Shown here piece after piece: positions 14,995-24,061 of a stretch of DNA of 64,000 nucleotides (position 1 is the first letter of the stretch; every line of letters starts with the position of its first letter). The notes under the pieces are model-generated. The model did no database searches and had not been told where the DNA came from. It saw only the letters and a list, made by a program, of their open reading frames with translations. This DNA is from Ptychomitrium polyphyllum. Taxonomy: Eukaryota. Made by a program: the position numbers and the translations under genes. The DNA lies in contig OZ316775.1 of NCBI GenBank assembly GCA_973851085.1, positions 5,270,001-5,334,000 on the forward strand, given 5' to 3'.

Positions 14995-15474
14995 TGTTAG
15001 GGACACAAGAAACAAGAAGCTTAAACGAAGTGTTTCCCAAGAATTAGCTTCCAAAAAGCTAATGATTAATAAGAACTTGATACAAATACGAGAACAAGGC
15101 AAGATTCAAGATGATCCACAACTTGTGTTGGCAAGACTAAGAAATACCTTGTCTTGCCTCCTATTTATACTATGACGTTTGTATATCTTAGGATATTTCT
15201 AAAGAAGCTTCCTACAAGGCTTAAGAATGTTCTAGAAGTCTAAGGAACCTTCCTAGGAAGTTTCCTAAGATGTTGGGACCTTCTTAGGAAGTTACCTAAC
15301 ATGATAGAACCTTCCTAGGAAGTTTCTTAAGATGGAGGAACTTTCCTAGGAAGCTTCCTAAAAACATGGAAAAGACTGTGGAGACATCTAAAAGTATTCT
15401 AAGAAGCTATTATAGTATACTAGAAGGTTCTAGAATGTTCTAAGGATTATGTTGCATGATCTGTGTCCGTGACA
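14995..15474 (-). repeat. 3' LTR of element B
   Basis: TG...CA termini, adjacent to PPT, homologous to 22547-23006. Confidence 0.94.
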
Positions 15475-17225
15475 TCTCCTCCTTCTTTAGCGACAAGTCC
15501 CATCAGGAGCTTTTTTCTTGGCTTGCTTGTCACATTTCTACAAATTCCAAAATTTGTCGAAGGAGTGAAGTAACATATTCTGCTTGTTGTTCTTTGTTCA
15601 CTGGCTCAACTCGTCCTTGCAAGTAGCGCCAATGGCCACCAACCAAGACTTTTATTGTCAAAATGTCCCATCCCAAGATTTGATCTTGATTAAGTCCTTC
15701 AAAACATCTTCCAAACAAGATTTTGGGTCCTCCAGGAGTAACTGTTCCAATTTCTAACAAGATGACTAGAGCGCGAGCATCTGAATCAAGACTGGAATGT
15801 AAAGGGCGACTAGTCAATACTTCTGCATGAGGTCGTACTCAACGTTGGGATGTCCCTCTCATATCTTGACTTAAATCCTCCGTTACCGAGGGCTGAGAAA
15901 GTTGAGTTGGCTCAACAGATGTTGTTGTTGATAAAGGCATGGCCGACTGTTTTTCACGCATATCCATAATAACACGAAGATTTGACATACTAGCTAGGAT
16001 CTGCAAATGGTTTATCTTGGAAATAATGCTACATACAATTGGAGGTTTGGATATCTCTCCTCCCTTCTTATACTTGTCTATGAAGGAAAAACTTCTCTGT
16101 GAAGTTAACGGTTGTTGATGACACATCATCACTGACCTAGTTTCTGAGGATATCTTTGATGAAATTTGCGTACCTTCTCGGTTGGATTTGTTACATTTGT
16201 TGAAGGTTCCCATGTTCGGTCATTGATGCATATCCTTGCCAATGTATAAGGTACTCCACACGTCCATTCTTGATGCGTGAATCTAAGATCTCTTCCACTT
16301 TGTATTCAATTTCATTATTGATTTCCAGCGGATGAAGCGGAGGGACAATTCTCTGATATACATGATTTGTTATAGATTTCCAACAACGATACGTGGAATA
16401 TTAGATGAATTTGCATGCTTGGTGGTAGCTTTAGGCGATAACTAACCGGGTTTATTTGTTTGCTGATTTCAAACGGTCCCAGCCTTTGATAGTCCAACTT
16501 CTTTGATGGTCTTTTTGTCTGTATATTTTGTCGTAGGAGCCATACGCTATCTCCAATCTTGAACTTTGGATGGTCTTTTCAAGGGCGATCTGCATAAGTT
16601 TTGTAACGATCTTGAGCTTGTTGTAACTGGAAAGTAAATTCTTGATGGATTTTAGCAAGTTAAATTGCAAAATCTTCTGCTTCCGAGATTCCAATATGCT
16701 TCCCTTGAAATGGATATGTTTGAGGATGATGCCCATAGTTTGCAAAGAATGGACTTTGAGTTGTTGAAGAATGCATCGTATTGTTGTAAGCAAATTTTGC
16801 CAAAGGCAAGAAATCCATCCAGTTGTCTTGCTGGTAGTTTATGCTACAACGAAGGTACCGCTCCAAGATTTGATTCACACGTTTGGTTTGGCCATCAGTT
16901 TTCAGATGTTGTGCTGAAGAAAGATTGATTTTTACACGCAATAGCTGGAATAGAGCCCTCCAAAAGTTGAAACCGAACTGCGGCCCTCGATTGGATACAA
17001 TATCATTTGGTAGTCAATGTATGCGGTAGACATGATTTAGGAACAACTTGGCAGTTTCTTCTCCCGTTACCGTCTTGTTGCATGGAATGAAATGTGCCAT
17101 TTTGATAAATTGATCTACTACTACCAAAATAGAATCCTTAGAATCACAATTTGGAAGGTCCGTGATAAAATCCATTAATAAAGACAACCATGGGCCCTTT
17201 GGCACTGGAAGCGGATAGAAGAGAC

Positions 17226-18899
17226 TGTCGCGCACCTCTCTTTGAAGAGTGCTTGCAACACTAAGGGCACAAGGGGGATCCCAGAGTGACGTCCGGGACT
17301 TGTGGCTTCGATAGTGAGGGGAACCGAGTGGACCTAGCGTGGGAAGGACCCCTAAGGGGAGAAACATCTTTGCCCATGTAGACCGTGGGCCACAAGTGAT
17401 AGATCGTGGGCATTGGAAGAATCACGAAGAGCTGATTCTAGAATGCTAAAGATTGTCCAAATCGGACAAAGGAGCTAAAAGTTATGGCATCCCAAAGTTG
17501 AGGTTGCCAAGGGGCTGTTCTGGACTGTGGCTGTCACAGACATAAATCAGGCAACATAGTCCTTAGAACATTCTAGAACCTTCTAGTATACTATAGTAGT
17601 TTCTTAGAATACTTTTAGATGTCTCCATAGCCTTATTTATGTTTTTAGGAAGCTTCCCAGGAAAGTTCCTCCACCTTACGAAACTTCCTAAGAAGGTTCT
17701 ATCATCTTAGGTTACTTCCTAGGAAACTTCCTAGGAAGTTTCCATCACCTTAAGAAACTTCCTAGGAAGGTTCTACCTCTTTAGGAAACTTCCTAAGAAG
17801 ATTCCTTAGACTTCCAGAACATTCTTAAGCCTTGTAGGAAGCTTCTTTAGAAGTATCATAGGAGATACAAACGTCCTAGTATAAATAGGAGGCAAGACAA
17901 GGTATTCCTTAGTCTTGCCAACACAAGTTGTGGATCATCTTGAATCCTGCCTTGTTCTAGTCTTTGTATCAAAGTTCTTGTTAATCATTAGCTCTTTGGA
18001 AGCTAATTCTTGGGAAACACTTTGTTTTTGCTTCTTGTTTCTTGTGTCCCTAACAGTGGCAGCCCTACACAATGACTTAACTGGAGTGGGACAGTCCAAG
18101 GAGGGACTCCCCGGGAGTCCCAAACCTTAAGAGAGGCGTATCTCCCACAATACTAACTCAAATCGGACGTTTGAGGAGTCTATCGGCATCTACGCAAAGA
18201 GTAGATGACGATAGAGTGGTCGTTCAATACATTTGAGCACTGGATCAGGAAGATATGATTCCCTAAAGGTCCGCTGGGAATCCCGGAGGCTTCCAGCGGC
18301 TAAGTCCCAAGGGAGATCGGGTGGTCTTCCAAAACTCTAAGTGTGTCGGGGTTCAGCTTGCTACAAAGGGCCAGGGGGCTTGCCAAATTTCACAGAGAGT
18401 ATTATAAGGGAAGGCTGGTCCCCCTCCCCAATCCCCTAGTGTTCCGGTAGAGACTAAGGGTGAGTCCCGGTTGGTGGAGCTACTGTTGGGGCTTCACCAC
18501 GGGGACTTCCACACCATTGTGAGCCGGTGGACGGCTAGTTTCACGGGGGGAACTAGCACGTTCAAAAAGGTACGCTTGTTATCACTAAATTGGGGTGGTG
18601 TCTTCACGCCGGCACTATGATGGCCCGGGGTGATCTTAGGATCACTTGGGCATCATGAGTGGTGGTGAGGAGACACCACTAAGTGCGGTTAGGCCGTGTG
18701 GAATGAGAGTTACACCAACAAGGCCTTGGACATGAATGGAAGTCCGCACCTAACCATTGGCTATCAATATATTGAGTGTCCTAAGAGAAATGGTAGAAAG
18801 ACTTGGAAAGTGAGAATGGGGTTAACCATGTGCATGTGGGGGTATACATGTGGTAAACGCGCGTGACGCTTGCTAAGGTGCATTACAAGGGTTGCGACA
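17226..18899 (-). mobile_element. Solo LTR C (~1.15 kb excluding its insert), GC-rich, unrelated family, inserted in B integrase
   Basis: Termini TGTCGC...GCGACA, perfect TSD GAGAC (17221-17225 / 18900-18904); B integrase rejoins across it (QPHGL|..YPLPVP). Orientation is inferred. Confidence 0.88.
17532..18055 (+). mobile_element. Solo LTR D (B family) nested inside solo LTR C
   Basis: Reverse complement of the B LTRs (TGTCACAGAC...CCCTAACA); perfect TSD GTGGC (17527-17531 / 18056-18060). Confidence 0.94.
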
Positions 18900-21278
18900 G
18901 AGACCATGAGGTTGGTGTCTTGGTACCTTGGCTCTTGCACAAGTGTCGCATGATCGAACAAAGTCCTTTACGTACTTCCACATTTGTGGCCACCAATAGT
19001 CTCTAGCAATCAATTCCATTGTTTTATTGAATCCAAAATGTCTTGCTGCTGGAAAATCATGATGTGCTTGAAGGATCTTCAACCGCAAAGGGCCTGGAGA
19101 GAGGTACAAAAGTCCTTTATAATAAAGGAGGCCCTCTTGGAATTCAAAATCCTCATCGCTATTTGAAGGATTTCCATTGTCTTTGAGGCGCTTCTTTATA
19201 TTTGAAACAAAAACGTCATTCTTTAAAGCCTTCCGAATTTTGTCAAAATGGGATGTTGTTGTAATAATGGCTGCTTTCAATTGAAGATTCACAAGCTTCA
19301 ATAAATCAGTCCTTTGTTGATTCAAAACATCATCTCCAGGTTGAGGAGCTAAATAAGATCTTCAAGACAAGGCATCTGGCTTACCTTGCAAGTTACCAGA
19401 TCGATAGGTAATGACAAAGTCAAATCTGGAAAGCAATAATCTTCCACCTTGCTTGATGACGATTCAAAACGCGCGCACTCAAGAAATGTTCCAAGTTCTT
19501 GTGGTCTGTGTATATCGTGATGGTATGTTGAGCTCCATCTAATAAGTGTCGCCATTCTTCAAACGCATCCACAATTGCAAGTAGTTCTTCATCATGGATA
19601 TCATAGTTGATTTCTGCCGCTGAAAAACTTCCTTGAACAAAAGGCAAGAGGGTGAAGTCTCCTGTCTTCATCATATCGTGAGAATACTGAGCCAAGCGCA
19701 AAATTTGAGGCATCCGCTTCCAAATAAAAAGGCTTTGATGGATTTGGATGAATAAGAATTGGAGCGGATGTGAGTGACTTCTTAAGACTTTGAAATGCTT
19801 TTTCCGCCTCTTCATTCCAAATGAATTTTTGCTTCCCCGTAAGACGTATTAATGGTGCCGCAATCTAAGAATATTTCTTGATGAATATTCTGTAAAAGTT
19901 TGCAAATCTCAAGAAGCATTGAACATCTCAAATTGATCTTGGCGTACTCCACTTCATAACAGTGCTTATTTTTTTTTTATCCATATGGATTCTTCCTTTG
20001 GAAATGATGTAGCTTAAAAGTTCAACCGATGATTCATGGAAAAGGCAATTCTCCAATTTGGCATATAATCCTCACTGGCGTAGTTTTTCTAAGACCAGTC
20101 ACACATGACATTTGTGGTCTTGTTCATCCTTTGAATATATCAAAATATCATCTAAGTAGATGACTACAAAATCATCTAGATGTTCATGGAAGATATCATT
20201 CATCATATGTTGAAAGACTGCAGGAGCATTAGTAAGGCCAAAAGGCATGACATTGTATTCAAAATGACCATACCTAGATCTAAAAGCTGTCTTCCATTCG
20301 TCTCCTTCTTTGATGCGTACAAGATTGTAGGCTCCTCTAAGATCAATTTTGGTGAATATCTTTGCTTGGCCAAGTTGTTGTAGGAGTCCTGAGATTAATG
20401 GTAATGGATAACAATTCTTTTTTGTTACTTTGTTGAGGCCTCGATAGTCCAAGCACATACGTAATGATCCATCTTTTTTCTTTGTAAATAGAATGGGTGC
20501 TCCAGCAGGTGATCTAGAATGTTGAATGAAACCCTTTCCAAGGTTTTCATCAATATATTCTCTCAAGGCAGCTAACTCAGTTTGTGATAAGTTATAATTA
20601 CTTTTAAAAGGTGGTTGGGCTCCTTCTTGCAACTCAATGGTACAATCGTAAGGTCGATGCTTTGGTAACATGTCCGCATTCTTCATTTCAAAAACGTCTT
20701 TATGATCTTAATATTGACGAGGTATGTTTTGATTAGTCTCTATTGTAGAGCTAGACATTGGCGTGGCATAAATGGCATAGATTGGTTCATCCTTCGCCGC
20801 TCTCATAAATGCCTTAGCTCCAATAAATGATGGTCCAAGATTTCTTGTACCTTGACGTCTTTTTCTTGAGACCACACTCCGTAAGCGCCAATCAATGTCT
20901 GGATTGTGTAATTCAAACCAAAGAAGGCCCAAAACAATAGAATTTGTTCGGCATTGAATGATGTTGAAGACAATTTTAGATGCCTGGTCTCCTAAAACAA
21001 CCTCCAAAAGCTGAGTTTCTTCAATAATGTTGTCAGACGCAAGAGATCGTGCATCAATAACTATAACATGTGCGGGATATTTTTTCTTCACAAGCACCAT
21101 GTGATGTTTGGTTGCAAAATCCTTGTCCATAAAACATGCCGTTGCACCACTGTTTAAGAGAGCCTCACTAATTATTTCATCATTTAACAATTTAATTTTG
21201 ATAGGAAATGTGAAACAAGATGTAGGGCTTCAAAGTAGTAAGAGACCTTGATTTGATGGTGGTTTCCTTGTGGTATTA

Positions 21279-21319
21279 AGTCACATGGTCCCTACTGTGA
21301 CTGGACAGCCTCGTTTTCC
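21279..21319 (-). promoter_or_regulatory. Putative gag-pol -1 ribosomal frameshift signal of element B
   Basis: GGAAAAC followed by gtcc-agtcaca-..-ggac-ca-tgtgact; the protease ORF is in the -1 frame relative to gag. Confidence 0.7.
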
Positions 21320-22314
21320 AACTCCACCATTGTATTTTGAGCCTTAAAGGTAGATCCTTTGATTTGAAAATCGCGCACTTTATGTCCAGACTTGTCACAA
21401 TACAAATATAGGTTTTCTCTTTGACGCCTTTCTTTTTCTTTTGGAGTCAAACGTCTGAACTGGGCAACATTAATTTGCATAGGTTCTGGTCCTTGTGGTC
21501 GATTTTCCAATATTCTTGAAGACGTGATAGCCATGCTTTGATGTACTGGTTGCCATCTCAAGCGTTGTTCTTGTTCAAGCCTCTCAACTAATCTATTGTC
21601 ACATACTATTGCTTGAATGATGAATTCGTCCAATGTTTCAACTCTTGGCATTGTGAGTAGCAAATCCTTTATATTCTCTCTTAAGCCCTATCGAAATCGT
21701 GTGACCAAGGCTTTATCATTCCAATCAAGGTTGCAAGCTAATTGTCAAAACTCTGCAGCATATATAGCAGCTAAGCGCTGTCCTTGTTGGAGACTCTGGA
21801 TCCCTATTTTAACCACCCTCTCTTGGTTGGTGTCTGGAAAAGTAGATGTCAATGCTTTTATAAAAGCATCTAAGTTGTTCAATAATGGTAACTGCTTCTC
21901 CATTAGTGGTGCAAACGACGATAGGGCATTGTTTGATAAAAGAGTGGCCACAAATCCCACTTGAGTTGTGCCATCAGGATAGCGAGACTGATGCAAACTG
22001 AGGAAGAGTCTTACTTGTTGAAAAAAGCCTCTCAATTTTGATCTTGATTTATCGAATTTATCTGGCATGCCAATCTTTGGCTCTGCATAGGTTCGACGTA
22101 AGTCTTCCCTTCCAATATTGGCCTCTCGCAATCAAACAACCGCTTGATATAGGCTTTGAATATCACCATTGGATTCTTCAGCTTGCCGAGTATGTTGCTC
22201 CAAATTGTTGGTGGTATTAAAACGGGCGAGTTCTGTTTGAACTGTGTTTAATAATTCTTGAAAGTCTGCAATAGTTGCAAATCTATTCTCTGATGTTCCA
22301 AGCACGTTATTCAT
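21292..22314 (-). pseudogene. Element B gag (in-frame stops)
   Basis: Collinear same-frame ORFs 22132-22314, 21745-22131, 21292-21663: EPKIGMPDKFD, LQQG..YAAEF, GPEPMQIN, decayed zinc knuckle LYCDKSGH. Confidence 0.9.
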
Positions 22315-22532
22315 TTTTTAAGACTCTCAAAGACAAAAAGACTATGAGTACCTTCAAAGGAGGAACACGTCCTTTGAAATAAGTAATACTTGGTTCTAGA
22401 AGGAGAAATGAACTCTATGGTGCCAGCTTAAAGGAGGGTAATCCGCAACTTCTAAGACGCTATAGAATCCTCAAGAAGACGGGTAATCCACAATCTTCTT
22501 CAAAGAACCTTAGCTTTGGCAGAGATGAAGAG

Positions 22533-22544
22533 TAGTCTTGCCAA
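22533..22544 (-). promoter_or_regulatory. Primer-binding site of element B, self-priming type
   Basis: Minus-strand TTGGCAAGACTA, 2 nt after the 5' LTR, is the exact complement of LTR sequence 22680-22691, which starts 30 nt after the TATA box. Confidence 0.8.
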
Positions 22545-22546
22545 AT

Positions 22547-23006
22547 TGTTATGGACACAAGAAATAAGAAGTAGAAATGAAATGTTTTCCAAGAATCAGC
22601 TTTCAAAAAGCTAATGATTAATAAGAACTTGATACAAAGACTAGAACAAGGCAGGATTCAAGATGATCCACAACTTGTGTTGGCAAGACTAAGGAATACC
22701 TTGTCTTGCCTCTTATTTATACTATGACGTTTGTATCTCCAAGAATACTTCTAAAGAAGCTTCCTACAAGGCTTAAGAATGTTATGAAAGTCTAAGGAAC
22801 TTTCCCAAGAAGTTTCCTAAGATGTTGGAACCTTCTTAGAAAATTACCTAGGAAATAACCTAAGATAATAGAACCTTCCTATAAAGCTTCCTGAAAACAT
22901 GGAAAGACTATAGAAACATCTAAAAGTATTATAAGAAGCTATTATAGTGGACTAGAAGGTTCTAGAATATTCTAAGGACTATGTTGCATGATCTATGTCT
23001 GTGACA
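22547..23006 (-). repeat. 5' LTR of element B
   Basis: TG...CA termini; TATAAATA on minus at 22721-22714; followed on minus by PBS and gag. Confidence 0.94.
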
Positions 23007-23681
23007 CATAGGAATTAGCTAATAATCTTACCAATTCACCAATAAATGTTTGTGAGTTCCATTGACAACATCCATTCAAACCAAAAATAGCAGTACAAAG
23101 AATAGTAGCTAATTAAGGTTGCGTAACCTTGAAGGCTCTTGATGCTTGAGCTTTTAAGTTGGAGAGAAAGCAATTCCTAGATCATAAGTTTCAAAAGTCC
23201 CAGACATGATTTAGAAATTAGTTGTTTGTATTTTTAGATTTATCATAGTTCCTGGAGAGTAGTTTGGTATATTTGGATATGGATAATCAAGATGCAAATA
23301 CTATGCCAATGGTGTCAATTCAATCAAGTGGCTCTTGTCAACAACCTTGTAACAAAAAACAGCTTGGACTAAGAAAAGGTCAAAAGATACCTAGCAATAG
23401 ATTATTGGTGATTGTCTTTGAAGTGGAACCAGCTTACAAAGGTTATTCAAAAGCAGTGTTTGAAGGACGCTTTCACCACTAAGATACAGAGGTTCATGCT
23501 TAGTACCAAATAAAAGGTATTAGATACTATTGGTGATTACAAGGATCCATGAACCATTTGAATTATGAAAGGCAATTGGAGTATGTTGTAAACACCATGC
23601 AACAAATTTTTGACTTCTTACAACTCTGAGCACTTGTTGCAATATGCTCTTAGAAGACCTTGGAGCTAGAAAGAGAGGTGA

Positions 23682-24061
23682 TGTCATAGACATACATATT
23701 AGAAGCATCTAGAAAGATTCTTAGAAGGTTTATGAAGCTATTAAGGAAGTTATCTTGATTCAGAAAGCTTCTAAGGAAGTTACTTTGGCTTAAGAAGCAA
23801 TTCAAGGTTGCTTGAATATGAAGCAATATAGTAGAAGTTTCTCAAGAAGCTTTCAAGGCTTGTAGTTCTAGGATATATATAAGAATCGAAGCTGAAGGCA
23901 TCTTCACTTTCAACAATGCATCTCTTGTGGACTAACTCAAACCTTTTGGCCTTGTCTTTGTATCTTGTAATAGCTCTTCATTTCTAAAATACCTTGAACA
24001 ATATCTTGTTCCACATCCCGGAAACCTAAAGCCTTGTCTTATCGTTACTCTATCCGTAATA
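23682..24061 (+). repeat. 3' LTR of element A
   Basis: Starts TGTCATAGA directly after the PPT, followed by TSD GCATA. Confidence 0.92.

Larger units (their letters stand above)
16129..21319 (-). pseudogene. Element B pol (PR-RT-RH-IN-chromodomain), interrupted by solo LTR C
   Basis: PR ALLNSGATACF (D->N), [53 protein letters not shown] and MDFITDLP, chromodomain EYKVEEILDSR..EYLIHW..TWEP. Confidence 0.93.
14995..23006 (-). mobile_element. Element B: full-length decayed Ty3/Gypsy chromovirus inserted into the chromodomain of element A
   Basis: LTRs 14995-15474 and 22547-23006; perfect TSD CATAG (14990-14994 / 23007-23011); PPT (minus) ctaaagaaggaggaga at 15475-15490. Confidence 0.96.
9460..24061 (+). 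mobile_element. Element A: decayed Ty3/Gypsy chromovirus LTR retrotransposon (Tcn1-like), host of a nested cluster
   Basis: Related LTRs at 9460-9820 and 23682-24061; perfect TSD GCATA (9455-9459 / 24062-24066); PPT agaaagagaggtga before the 3' LTR; gag-PR-RT-RH-IN-chromodomain order. Confidence 0.95.

Noticed and set aside
14720..15175. 151-aa ORF as an intact gene
   Set aside because: Chimera of element A integrase/chromodomain running into the antisense LTR of element B.
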